Below are positions 1-8,322 of a stretch of DNA of 39,764 nucleotides, in pieces. The stretch is taken from IMG/VR virus record IMGVR_UViG_3300033564_000224; one strand, 5' to 3'. The DNA comes from a virus. A program made the position numbers and the translations under genes. Below the pieces are notes generated by a model, which was not told the DNA's origin, did no database searches, and worked only from the letters and a program-made list of their open reading frames with translations. Every line of letters begins with the position of its first letter. The first letter of the stretch is position 1.

Positions 1-43
1 CAACGATCACAAGGATTGAACCCGCTGCGCCTGCAATTGCCGC
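1..43. repeat. 43-bp terminal direct repeat, identical to 39722..39764; assembly overlap of a circular or circularly permuted 39,721-bp genome
   Basis: caacgatcacaaggattgaacccgctgcgcctgcaattgccgc occurs at both ends. A minus-strand ORF stays open and in phase across the junction. Confidence 0.9.
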
Positions 44-1096
44 TTGTACTGCCAGAATGCCCGCCCCAACTGGACCTGTGGCAATGCCCAAAGCGGTCAG
101 CACTTTCACAACCATTGCCGCTACGCCCACCCATTTGATAAACGTTCTAGCTAAGCCAAAAATACCGCCTGAAAATGGATTGAGGCTTTTGGTAGCTCCG
201 CTAAATGCCAAAGGTAGAGCCTTGCCCAATAAAAATAATACTGGACCCACTACAGCCGCCAAAATAAAGAAACCTAACACCCAATCCATTACGCCAGGCG
301 GCATATTGGAAAGTGCAATTATTACTGGAGTAAGTGCGTCCATAAATCGTATTAGGGATGGGATTAGAGCCTTTCCAATAACTTCTTTGAAATCATCTAA
401 TGTGTTTTTGAATTGAACAAATTTTCCTTGAGTAGTGTCGCCTGCAGCTCGCGCCAAACCTCCAAATTCAGTTTCCAGCTCTTGCAATATAATTTTTTGA
501 GCGGATGCAATGTCATTGACAGCCATAAAGCCTTTGACTTGTTTTTCCTGTTCATCGGTAAGCATTACGCCAACGCGCCGCAAAGCGCCTACACCCGCAA
601 TAGGATCATTCAATGCCTTGCCAAGCTGAATAGATGCGTTTTTCACACTTCCAAACTTTTCGCCCATATTCAACATGGCTTCGGTTGCCATCGGGAAAAC
701 ATCTTTCCCGATTTTCGTAAAAGTCAAAAGCATAGATTGCCCAGACATAATTTCTTCGTCTGAAAACTTTGTCACTTTTTGAAGTTCGGAAGACATCTTT
801 TGTACTTGCTCAGATGTCACTCCGGCAATGCCGCCTGTGGACTTCAAAACTGCGTTCAATTCAGCCAAAGCGCTCTCTGCATCCATAGCAGATTTTATAG
901 ATGAAGCGAAGAACGCGACAATTGGAACAGTAAGCCCAATGGTCATCGCACTTCCAATTTGCTGCATTGAAGCACCAATTTTTTTAGCTGTTTCTCCTAA
1001 TGTTCCTAAACTTTTTACAGCGTTATCAACTCCGCTCTGCACACCGCTGGAATCAATATTCACTTTCCCATACGCACTACCTAACTGTATTGCCAT
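1..1096 (-). CDS. tail tape measure protein, N-terminal 365 codons; continues across the circular junction into 39180..39721, 545 aa in total
   Basis: Own translation from ATG at 1096 (SD GGAGGT 5 nt upstream): MAIQLGSAYGKVNIDSSG...ALAELNAVLKSTGG...SGQSMLLTFTKIGKDVFPMATEAMLNMGEKFG...LGKALNDPIAGVGALRRVGVMLTDEQ. This is a typical tape-measure core motif. There are no in-frame stops down to base 1. Confidence 0.85.
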   Translation of the reverse strand, partial: MAIQLGSAYGKVNIDSSGVQSGVDNAVKSLGTLGETAKKIGASMQQIGSAMTIGLTVPIVAFFASSIKSAMDAESALAELNAVLKSTGGIAGVTSEQVQKMSSELQKVTKFSDEEIMSGQSMLLTFTKIGKDVFPMATEAMLNMGEKFGSVKNASIQLGKALNDPIAGVGALRRVGVMLTDEQEKQVKGFMAVNDIASAQKIILQELETEFGGLARAAGDTTQGKFVQFKNTLDDFKEVIGKALIPSLIRFMDALTPVIIALSNMPPGVMDWVLGFFILAAVVGPVLFLLGKALPLAFSGATKSLNPFSGGIFGLARTFIKWVGVAAMVVKVLTALGIATGPVGAGILAVQAAIAGAAGSILVIV

Positions 1097-1105
1097 GCGT
1101 TACCT

Positions 1106-1162
1106 CCAAAACAAAAAACAGGCTTGCCATAGGAACGCAAATTCCTACAGAAAGCCTGTTTT
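1106..1162 (-). terminator. rho-independent terminator closing the two-gene moron, just upstream of the tape-measure RBS
   Basis: Minus strand: AAAACAGGCTT(1162-1152)...AAGCCTGTTTT(1125-1115) is an 11-bp stem with an inner TAGGAA/TTCCTA stem, followed by TTGTTTTGG. Confidence 0.7.
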
Positions 1163-1178
1163 ACAAGATTGATTTTAT

Positions 1179-1523
1179 TTATCGCAATGCGCGTGCATGT
1201 ACTAATTTGGGATATTGAGAATGCCCAAAGTCGTCTCTCTGGCTGGTCAATGATTGAACTTGCGACATGATATTTTCCACAGTTACGGGCAACACGTTCT
1301 TGACTGCCTGATCTGCATAAAACAATTCTTCGTCGTTCAAAATACCATCGCGCAACGCCATGCGGTTCGCCGTGGATTCCGCATACAAGAGCATCAAAAC
1401 GTCTTCCGCCAATTCCTTGAGCTGCGGCGCTTTCTCGGCAATTTGTGACAGCAACAAAGCGCGTCCAGCATGCCCCACCATCTTTATTTTGCTCAATCGT
1501 ATTTGATAGGTTTCGGCGTCCAT
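1179..1523 (-). CDS. hypothetical protein, moron gene 2 (114 aa)
   Basis: ORF track. Its ATG directly follows the TAG of the upstream ORF (TAGATG). No family recognised. Confidence 0.6.
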   Translation of the reverse strand: MDAETYQIRLSKIKMVGHAGRALLLSQIAEKAPQLKELAEDVLMLLYAESTANRMALRDGILNDEELFYADQAVKNVLPVTVENIMSQVQSLTSQRDDFGHSQYPKLVHARALR

Positions 1524-1835
1524 CTAAGCCTCCACCATATCTCTGAACTTGCCGCCCATCGCCAGCACTTGATGACTGACATTCCCAATTGCCTCGCCCA
1601 CGCTCTGGTTGTACACCCACATATTTTCGGATTGAGGCTGAGGCACAGACAGAATGATCAGATCGTCGAGCAACTTCACTGCGCCGTCCTGGTCGGTTCT
1701 TTCCAAATAAGCGCGCAAAGTCTCGTATGCGCGATCCTGCATCATCCCAACAAATTCTTGCGAGAACATTGGCTTGGCATCGGGTTCTGAAACTACTATA
1801 ACCGTCTTGGGCGTTACTTGAATATCTTGAAGCAT
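1524..1835 (-). CDS. hypothetical protein, moron gene 1 (103 aa, start re-assigned)
   Basis: ATG at 1835 is preceded by the strong SD AAGGAGA (1841-1847). The tracked 145-aa version would read through a terminator-like hairpin and its U-tract. Confidence 0.6.
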   Translation of the reverse strand: MLQDIQVTPKTVIVVSEPDAKPMFSQEFVGMMQDRAYETLRAYLERTDQDGAVKLLDDLIILSVPQPQSENMWVYNQSVGEAIGNVSHQVLAMGGKFRDMVEA

Positions 1836-2022
1836 GACCGTCTCCTTTAGATATAAAAAATCTGCCACAGAATACAACTGGGAGACGGTCATCTCGGCAG
1901 CGTGCATCTTCTGTGGCAGATTTCTTCCCACGATTGGGAATGGTTGAATTATGTGTAACAAACGCAGTCTCGCTTATAAAAGCGAAAACGCTGCCTTCGT
2001 GGGATAGAGATTGACCGTCTCG
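1836..2022 (-). promoter_or_regulatory. structured 5' leader with a terminator-like hairpin and an SD-sequestering repeat triad
   Basis: A 13-bp perfect stem ATCTGCCACAGAA (1921-1909) / TTCTGTGGCAGAT (1872-1860) is followed by TTTTTTAT. Its loop carries GACCGTCTCC (1890-1881), complementary to GGAGACGGTC (1845-1836, SD up to the ATG) and to CGAGACGGTC (2022-2013). Confidence 0.5.
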
Positions 2023-2028
2023 ATTTCC

Positions 2029-2057
2029 ATTATACATTAGTCTGTTACACATTTCAA
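2029..2057 (-). promoter_or_regulatory. sigma70-type promoter inside the tail gene block
   Basis: Minus strand: TTGAAA (2057-2052), a 17-nt spacer, then TATAAT (2034-2029), starting right after the upstream stop codon. Confidence 0.6.
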
Positions 2058-2330
2058 TCACCAAACTCCACTTGCTGGGATCTGCATTTTTTTGATATTG
2101 CCATTCGCCACAGGCGCATAGGATGATCTTTGACCTTCAACCTTTGACGCATCAGCAAACGGGTTTTTGCCATCGTTCAGCATATTTTCAAACTTGCGCC
2201 CAATCACCAAACAGGCTTCATCCAACGCCCACGCCGCGATCTCAGTTTCCAACTGCATAAACTCGCTCGGGCGTTTACCGTAGGAAGTTGCAGAGTTATA
2301 CAACCGCCACAGGTTCGTTTTGTCCTTCAC
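2058..2330 (-). CDS. possible frameshift extension (gpT-like part) of the tail assembly chaperone, or a separate small ORF
   Basis: It overlaps the 3' end of 2296..2742 by 35 nt in the +1 frame. It has no SD and only a GTG start. Its position (after the major tail gene, after the chaperone) matches the G/GT arrangement. Confidence 0.4.
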   Translation of the reverse strand: MKDKTNLWRLYNSATSYGKRPSEFMQLETEIAAWALDEACLVIGRKFENMLNDGKNPFADASKVEGQRSSYAPVANGNIKKMQIPASGVW

Positions 2331-2742
2331 GAAAGGACTGCAAAGCAGTTACCTCCCGATTGACAAAGTTGAATATTTCCATCTTGTCATCACTTAGAAG
2401 TTCAGCCAGCGTAATATGCTCATCATCTGCCTGCGCCCCGATCTGCGGCGAAACCAGCGCAACATTCACCAGCGCATCCAACATCAGCCGAAAATCTTCG
2501 CCGTTCTTCGCCAGTTGCTTCAGGTCAAAACCAGCGCCGCCATTCTGCGCGGCTTCATCAGCCATATCCACAAAAGACGCGGGCAGTTTGCCGGTCAATA
2601 ACAGATCGGTCATGGTCACATCGCGCACCGTCACCGGCAATCCACTAGGTAGGGTAAAATCATGCAAACGGCTTGCGCGCCAATCAGCCAGGTTCATCCG
2701 CTTTGCATTCTCCGCAGTTTTCAAACTTTTTAGATTTGTCAT
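2296..2742 (-). CDS. tail assembly chaperone (gpG-like)
   Basis: A 148-aa acidic protein immediately downstream of the major tail protein, with an overlapping downstream ORF. The call is positional. Confidence 0.55.
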   Translation of the reverse strand: MTNLKSLKTAENAKRMNLADWRASRLHDFTLPSGLPVTVRDVTMTDLLLTGKLPASFVDMADEAAQNGGAGFDLKQLAKNGEDFRLMLDALVNVALVSPQIGAQADDEHITLAELLSDDKMEIFNFVNREVTALQSFREGQNEPVAVV

Positions 2743-2775
2743 AATCGTAACCAGATGAAGGACAAAGGAATTATT

Positions 2776-2806
2776 TCATCCTTCATCCTTCATCATTCAT
2801 CCTTTC
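2776..2806 (-). repeat. GGATGAA-type heptamer tandem repeat at a gene junction
   Basis: Minus strand: GGATGAATGATGAAGGATGAAGGATGAA directly after the major tail stop codon. GATGAAGGA (2754-2762) can pair with TCCTTCATC (2779-2787). Confidence 0.7.
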
Positions 2807-2808
2807 TT

Positions 2809-3642
2809 TTATGCTGTTGTAAAGTTCACGACCGTATCAGCCAAAGACTGACCGAACACATCCACTACACCTGGCACGATCACCAAATGCTCAGTTGCCG
2901 CGCCCATATTGCTGGACGGGTTGAGTGTGACCACCTTACGCGCCGAATCAATGCTACGAGCCACCGCCACGGGCACACCCGCCGCAGTGGTCAAAATGAT
3001 TCCATTCTCAGCCCCAACTTTCAGCGCATTGCTAAAGGTCAAGACCGTATTCACGCTCACCACCACAGCCGTGGCAGCATCCGCAGGCACAGAACTCAAT
3101 GTAAATGCGGGAGCCGAGGCAGTTGCACCAGGCAATGCAGTGGCGGTTTCATTGGCTACCAATTCATAGGCTTTGCCGCCAACTTTCACGCCCGCAAATT
3201 CAGCCTCAAGCATGAAGAACTCACCGCGCTTGAAAGAACCTTTTGGTGAACCGGTCAATTTGATCTTCATCAGTTTGACATGCACATCATCGCCCACATC
3301 GCCCAGTGACTTGCCATAGGCTTTGAAATACGGGAAGGTGACTGAATCACCTGCCAGAGTTGCCACCTCATTGGGCGTGGAACCTGAAACGCCATACGAG
3401 TGACCGGTCATCAGGGCATACGCATCGAGCGAAATACCGCCTGCCTTGAACTTGCCCTTCACGCCCAGCGGCTGGGTGACGATTCCCTGCAATTCATCAT
3501 TGCCGAAAAACTCACCGCTCACCACAGTCTCTTCAAACTCCAACTCTAACGCGGCTGGTAACGAAATCGCAGTCACGCCATCATAAGAGACCACCACGAT
3601 CTCTTTCAGCCCAAAAGGCTTATTGTCTTCACCTGTAGCCAT
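2809..3642 (-). CDS. major tail protein with C-terminal Ig-like domain
   Basis: 277 aa. The N-terminal part resembles siphovirus tail-tube proteins. The C-terminal ~95 aa (SSVPADAATAVVVSVNTVLTFSNAL...VTLNP...VIVPGVVDVFGQSL) fits a bacterial Ig-like domain pattern. Confidence 0.7.
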   Translation of the reverse strand: MATGEDNKPFGLKEIVVVSYDGVTAISLPAALELEFEETVVSGEFFGNDELQGIVTQPLGVKGKFKAGGISLDAYALMTGHSYGVSGSTPNEVATLAGDSVTFPYFKAYGKSLGDVGDDVHVKLMKIKLTGSPKGSFKRGEFFMLEAEFAGVKVGGKAYELVANETATALPGATASAPAFTLSSVPADAATAVVVSVNTVLTFSNALKVGAENGIILTTAAGVPVAVARSIDSARKVVTLNPSSNMGAATEHLVIVPGVVDVFGQSLADTVVNFTTA

Positions 3643-3716
3643 ATTATTTCTCCTTGAAAAGTTATGTCATTACGAGGAGCGGAGCGACGAAGCAATCTCC
3701 ACTCACCAATTACCAA

Positions 3717-4130
3717 TTACCGAAGTCTTACAGCCACAAACCTCAGCGACCCCAGCGCACAATCCAACGCCGTGTCCCGCTGTTGACTCACACTCACGTC
3801 ATAGGTCAACTCCCAAACGCCCGTCCCAACCTGGGCATCATTCAAAAGGTTGTACGCCATCACCATTGCGCTTGCGATGTTGGCATATCCCTGCCGCTCA
3901 TAAAAATAGATGGTCAGCGGAGTTTGCACACTGCGCAAAAAGGGACCGCGCTTCGTTTCCACCCCCAGCTTGATCAGAGCCGAAGGCTTGATCTCTCTGT
4001 TAGTGTCAAATGCCGCCGCCGTATTTTGGCGCGAAATCTCTTCCACATCGCAAAAAATACCGCCGGTCAAAATCGCCATCAACGGGGCATTCGCCTGCAA
4101 AACGGTTTTTATCTCACTGGAAAGAGTCAT
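3717..4130 (-). CDS. tail completion / tail terminator-like protein (DUF3168-like), start re-assigned
   Basis: MTLSSEIKTVLQANAPLMAILTGGIF... has an N-terminus typical of this family. It sits just before the major tail gene. The ATG at 4130 overlaps the upstream small-ORF stop (ATGA). Confidence 0.55.
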   Translation of the reverse strand: MTLSSEIKTVLQANAPLMAILTGGIFCDVEEISRQNTAAAFDTNREIKPSALIKLGVETKRGPFLRSVQTPLTIYFYERQGYANIASAMVMAYNLLNDAQVGTGVWELTYDVSVSQQRDTALDCALGSLRFVAVRLR

Positions 4131-4216
4131 CTCACCACCACGATCAAAGCGATCACCAACGCCCAAAACAAAAAAGCCTCTGGCAAAATAAACAAACAAC
4201 CTTCTGCAAATTTCAT
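4127..4216 (-). CDS. possible 29-aa hydrophobic peptide
   Basis: MKFAEGCLFILPEAFLFWALVIALIVVVR, with AAGGA 8 nt upstream and its stop overlapping the next ATG (ATGA). Confidence 0.25.
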   Translation of the reverse strand: MKFAEGCLFILPEAFLFWALVIALIVVVR

Positions 4217-4221
4217 GTTGA

Positions 4222-4250
4222 TCATCCTTTATCCTTCATCCTTCATCCTT
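4222..4250 (-). repeat. GGATGAA-type heptamer tandem repeat at a gene junction
   Basis: Minus strand: AAGGATGAAGGATGAAGGATAAAGGATGA, containing the MuF-like stop codon. Confidence 0.7.
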
Positions 4251-5394
4251 GCAGTGACAACCCTTCGCCGAACAACCACACCGCCAAACTCACCGCCTGC
4301 GGCATCAACGAAATATTCACATCCCCGCCGATCATGGATTTATATTCATCCATTTCGGGGTAACTTTCTCCATTCAACCAGCCATTGAGTTTGGATGTAA
4401 ATTCTTTTTCATCCACCAGCACCGCCGTCTTATAGCAAAAACAATGCGGATGAAGTGGATACTCAATTGTGCCCACCGCATAAATCCCTTCACCATTCTC
4501 GCCGGAAGAGATCACATCATCGCATTCATCCGGTTCAGGGTGCGCCGCCGAAAGATGACATTGCTCTTTCTCAACCCACGGCTGAGACGCCAATAACTTA
4601 TCGGTAGCCAATGCGTGCGCCTTCTGAATTTCAGTCCGCGCCAACCGCAGCGCGTTATAACTCACACCGCGCCCGTCACAGTCATTGCCACTGAGCAAAC
4701 CAGTCGTATCACCCGCAGATTTATCCGATGCCGTCCGACCATACAAACGGGTAGATGTCCAGCGCGGACAGTTCTGACCGGCTCCGAGGAACGCTTCCAA
4801 TTTCTTCGCAATGTTCCAAGCCGAATCGCCGTCTGTCACGCCCTGCATAATCACCGTATTGATCGCATCCCGCCCGGCGCCTTCAATGTTCCAAATCCGC
4901 GCCGATATATTGATTCCATCGCCGTACAAATGCTCACCCGCCGCATTCAACAAAATATCACTCTGCGGCTTGAAAACACCATCATCAATGGATTCGGTCA
5001 AAGGTTGAAGGTCAAAGGTCGAAACGCTCTCGACTTTTGACTTTTGACTTTCGACGATAAGCCTTTCATGCCTCACCGCCAAAACGCCAAACGGCAAACT
5101 AACCGCTTCCTTCCGCGCCTGCAAAAACTCATCCTGCCAAATCTTGAAGGTATCGCCCCACAGTTTCAGCAACGCACTCTGCGCCTGAAAACCGCGTGAC
5201 CCATCCAATACACCGTCCTGCCCGCCATAATCCACCAGCACCGCACGCGCCTGCTTGCCGAACTCGATCATTAGCTCATGCGTTCTGCCAGTGAAATAAA
5301 CCTGCAAACGTAAAACAGCTTTGAAAGATGCCTTGTCCAAACTGCCCCAAGCCACCTCATCCAAACGGGAAAGAATTTCTTCATCCTTCATCAT
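4243..5394 (-). CDS. minor head protein, MuF / SPP1 gp7-like head morphogenesis protein
   Basis: 383 aa with LRLARTEIQKAHA and YPLHPHCFCY motifs typical of the family. It lies directly downstream of the portal gene. Confidence 0.75.
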   Translation of the reverse strand: MMKDEEILSRLDEVAWGSLDKASFKAVLRLQVYFTGRTHELMIEFGKQARAVLVDYGGQDGVLDGSRGFQAQSALLKLWGDTFKIWQDEFLQARKEAVSLPFGVLAVRHERLIVESQKSKVESVSTFDLQPLTESIDDGVFKPQSDILLNAAGEHLYGDGINISARIWNIEGAGRDAINTVIMQGVTDGDSAWNIAKKLEAFLGAGQNCPRWTSTRLYGRTASDKSAGDTTGLLSGNDCDGRGVSYNALRLARTEIQKAHALATDKLLASQPWVEKEQCHLSAAHPEPDECDDVISSGENGEGIYAVGTIEYPLHPHCFCYKTAVLVDEKEFTSKLNGWLNGESYPEMDEYKSMIGGDVNISLMPQAVSLAVWLFGEGLSLQG

Positions 5395-5410
5395 TCAGCC
5401 TTCATCCTTA
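5379..5410 (-). repeat. GGATGAA-type heptamer repeat at the portal/MuF junction
   Basis: Minus strand: TAAGGATGAAGGCTGAATGATGAAGGATGAAG, spanning the portal stop and the MuF start. Confidence 0.7.
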
Positions 5411-6703
5411 GATGCTCAACCCTTTCAGGTTATTGGCAAACTGCGTGCTATCCATACCGTCACCGCTCATAATCTCAAGGTCTACATCACGCAAATAGCT
5501 CGCCAGAATGAGTTGAATGGTTTCTTCCTTCACACCCAAAATCCGCAGGCGTGAAGCGGCATCTGCCAGATCGCGCAGGTCAGTGGGTGAAAGGCTCTTT
5601 GCCTTGCGCCAGATGATCTTATATTTCACATTCGCCGGATAAATGCCGTGCAGCATCCACTCACGCTCGATCAACGGCTGAATGATTTGTACAGTTGCCC
5701 ACTCACGCCCCTGGTTGAGTGTCTCTTCATACGCTTCTTTTTTCTCGCCTAAAATATCGCGGTTCAGATCGGCGCCATACGCCATCAATTCCATCGGCAC
5801 ATCCGAAGCCGTGAATATGGTCCCGATGTGATGCTGTACATCACCAATCTTGTCAATATTTCCATCGCCCTGGTGTACTGTCAGCGAAGACGCCTTATTG
5901 CTGAAAAAATCAATCACCGCCGCCAGTTTGCCCAGCGCGGCTTTATTGTTTTCCTTGTACGTTTCCACATCCGCGGCATTGCCTTCGATTACATGTTGAC
6001 GCAACTGCGCCCCCCCGATCTTGCGCCGCACGGCTACATTCAATTCGCCGTCTTCCACATAGCGGAAGTGTTTGCGCGCGCTCTGCATCATCGGGCGTCC
6101 ATAGCGGCTTTCTTCATCGTGGTTCCAGCGCGCATGGATCAATTTCCATTCAGGAAACCACAGCGCATCTTTGGGAACATCCATACCGTAGAAATTATCG
6201 TCACCCATCCAGAAAGCGCGGTTCGCGCTATCAAACCGATCCGCAGTGTTTGAATTGCGGTGCATTCGCATCGTGGGTTTGCGTGTCACACTCGCCACCT
6301 GATAGATGGAGTTCGTCACCTGTGCGGGCGTCACCTCAAGAAACGAATCCCCATCGCGCATCGAAAGTCTCAGCCAATCTTCCAACGCTTGATTCAAGTG
6401 CAAACGTTCCTGCAAAGCCGAAACCACCTCGCTCGCCTGCGTGTTATCCGTCTTCAGCACAAACCCGCCGCGCAATAGATCGCGGGCATACATGCGGTGC
6501 ATCTTCTCAACCCGCGGATCACCGTCATACATGGCTCTGCAATCCTTGATGACAGACAGACGGTCACGCTCCACCTTGAAACGCGAATACACATCCTCAG
6601 TAATCACCGGTGCCGGGCTGGATGTCATTGCGAGCGCACTCTGCGAAGCAATCTCTGCATTTGGGTTCATAAACGCTCTAAAGCGATCTGATAATGTTGG
6701 CAT
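5408..6703 (-). CDS. portal protein
   Basis: 431 aa. Size, the MuF gene immediately downstream, and general portal-like sequence character support the call. No exact family was assigned. Confidence 0.65.
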   Translation of the reverse strand: MPTLSDRFRAFMNPNAEIASQSALAMTSSPAPVITEDVYSRFKVERDRLSVIKDCRAMYDGDPRVEKMHRMYARDLLRGGFVLKTDNTQASEVVSALQERLHLNQALEDWLRLSMRDGDSFLEVTPAQVTNSIYQVASVTRKPTMRMHRNSNTADRFDSANRAFWMGDDNFYGMDVPKDALWFPEWKLIHARWNHDEESRYGRPMMQSARKHFRYVEDGELNVAVRRKIGGAQLRQHVIEGNAADVETYKENNKAALGKLAAVIDFFSNKASSLTVHQGDGNIDKIGDVQHHIGTIFTASDVPMELMAYGADLNRDILGEKKEAYEETLNQGREWATVQIIQPLIEREWMLHGIYPANVKYKIIWRKAKSLSPTDLRDLADAASRLRILGVKEETIQLILASYLRDVDLEIMSGDGMDSTQFANNLKGLSI

Positions 6704-6730
6704 ATTTTGACCTTCTCAATTTTTACAAAA

Positions 6731-7141
6731 TTACTTCAACGCATCCTGCAACATCCGTTCCAGTTTTGGCAAATTGCGCTCGATGGTGCTCATTACCACT
6801 GCATACCGTCCGCCGTTGGATGTCTCCAGATATTTGCCATAAAAGACCGTGTGCCCCAATGTCACAACCAATGTATTGGCATCGCCGCTTTCCACAGCCA
6901 CGTCGCTCATCTCAGACTTTGACTCAGGTGTCACCATGCCAGTGATGGGACTCATCCCGAAGCCGTCCACAGCAAAAAACAAACCGCCGCGCGCATTCGC
7001 CGTCCGATCTTCCCAAATCGCTTCCTGCCGCGCCTCATCCTGAATAGACTGCCCCCAATAAGTTGCCACCGCCTGCACAGCGATCAAGGCATTTGCGCCA
7101 TACTTTTTGATGGCTGGAATCAACTGGTCACTCGGAGCCAC
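6731..7141 (-). CDS. HK97 gp10-like tail/neck component (start uncertain)
   Basis: LIPAIKKYGANALIAVQAVATYW...AIWEDRTANARGGL fits the gp10-family pattern. The tracked start at 7240 would overlap the upstream gene by 83 nt, so GTG at 7141 is preferred. Confidence 0.5.
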   Translation of the reverse strand: MAPSDQLIPAIKKYGANALIAVQAVATYWGQSIQDEARQEAIWEDRTANARGGLFFAVDGFGMSPITGMVTPESKSEMSDVAVESGDANTLVVTLGHTVFYGKYLETSNGGRYAVVMSTIERNLPKLERMLQDALK

Positions 7142-7157
7142 AACCCACTGAAAGCCG

Positions 7158-7475
7158 CTATTCAACTGCCACCGCCTCAGCAATCGTGCAAGCCAGTTTA
7201 TTGGGCTGCACAAAAACGACGTTGAACAAAATGCCGCCATAGGTCAAACGGTCATCAATCGCAATATCCATATTCGGCTCGCCCAAAATAAAAACAGCCT
7301 GGTTCGCCGAACGCGCCGCGTCACTCTGCAAGCGGAATCCGCGTGTGCCTGCATATTCGATCCGCATAGCCTGAGTTGTCAATGACGTAGCGCCGCGCCG
7401 AATAACCAGCGAAACCTCATTCTCCGCACGGATGGCGCGCATATCTTTCTGAGCCTGCGTCCAATCAAATGCCAT
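7158..7475 (-). CDS. head-tail adaptor / head closure protein
   Basis: 105 aa. Position and size fit. ATGA-type overlap with the upstream gene at 7475. Confidence 0.5.
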   Translation of the reverse strand: MAFDWTQAQKDMRAIRAENEVSLVIRRGATSLTTQAMRIEYAGTRGFRLQSDAARSANQAVFILGEPNMDIAIDDRLTYGGILFNVVFVQPNKLACTIAEAVAVE

Positions 7476-8101
7476 TACGCCATCCCAACTGCGCCGTTAT
7501 ATTGCGCGCACGCTTCAACGAATTCGCCATGCAGCTTGTACATCATCTGAGTCAATGATTCGATGCCCGCGCCCTTATCTACACTCACCGCGCCCAGGCT
7601 GTACTTCATGCCGCCCGCCGCCGCCGCAGAGTTGGCGATCTTCTCACTTGCCAGTTGTTTGGCTTTGATCAACACGATCTGCGTCTCAATATCTCCCAGC
7701 GTGGTGTAATCTCCAGCACTGGCAATCCAACCGGATTTATATTTATAGTTGCGCGTCAGGCTATAGGTGGGTGTTGGGGTAAAGGTGATCTGCTTGTTGG
7801 CAATCGTATATTGCTCATCCCAATCCGCAGACACCGGAATAATGCCGCTATTGGAGATAATCACGCCATCCACACCCGTCAGGCTGTCCAGAACGATCAT
7901 GCTCAAAAAATCAGACGCCAGGCTATAGGCAGGCGTGCCAGAAACAATATTCAACTCTGCCCACTTTGCCAATCCGCAACGGCGTGAAAATTCGAGCACG
8001 GCATCCTTCACCGCCTGCTCGTATTGCGCCGTGGTGGGGACGCTGTTCACCGCGGGAACTTCACTTTGTAAAACTGTCACCATTGCCGCAAGAGTTGTCA
8101 T
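7475..8101 (-). CDS. putative head-tail connector (gp6-like) protein
   Basis: 208 aa, downstream of the capsid gene and translationally coupled to its neighbours. Confidence 0.4.
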   Translation of the reverse strand: MTTLAAMVTVLQSEVPAVNSVPTTAQYEQAVKDAVLEFSRRCGLAKWAELNIVSGTPAYSLASDFLSMIVLDSLTGVDGVIISNSGIIPVSADWDEQYTIANKQITFTPTPTYSLTRNYKYKSGWIASAGDYTTLGDIETQIVLIKAKQLASEKIANSAAAAGGMKYSLGAVSVDKGAGIESLTQMMYKLHGEFVEACAQYNGAVGMA

Positions 8102-8322
8102 CTTCGTTTACCTTTTGATTTTCTTTTCACGGGTTCAACAACCAATAAGTTTTCTTGCATCTTCTCAGGCACGGGTTCTTTATTTTCATAAGTGATCCTA
8201 AAATCCGCATCACCTTCGAGGGTCATTGCCTGCTTATCGCTCATGTCCAGTACATGCCCCTCATGCACGTACTTTCCAAAAACCATCCGCACCCGCCGTC
8301 CCGTATAAACAATTTTCGCCAT
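8098..8322 (-). CDS. hypothetical small basic-tailed protein (74 aa, start re-assigned)
   Basis: ATG at 8322 with GGAG 7 nt upstream. The tracked longer form would include the post-capsid hairpin. Confidence 0.5.
   Translation of the reverse strand: MAKIVYTGRRVRMVFGKYVHEGHVLDMSDKQAMTLEGDADFRITYENKEPVPEKMQENLLVVEPVKRKSKGKRR

Noticed and set aside
57-2064. Plus-strand ORFs 57-416, 413-763, 828-1172 and minus-strand ORF 1081-2064
   Set aside because: The plus-strand ORFs are antisense to the clearly recognisable tape measure gene. ORF 1081-2064 runs through a terminator, two better ORFs and a promoter, with an R/G/S-rich nonsense-like composition.
3717-4199. 160-aa extended version of the tail completion protein
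   Set aside because: It begins with TTG and adds a nonsense-like N-terminus. The ATG at 4130 gives the family-typical N-terminus.
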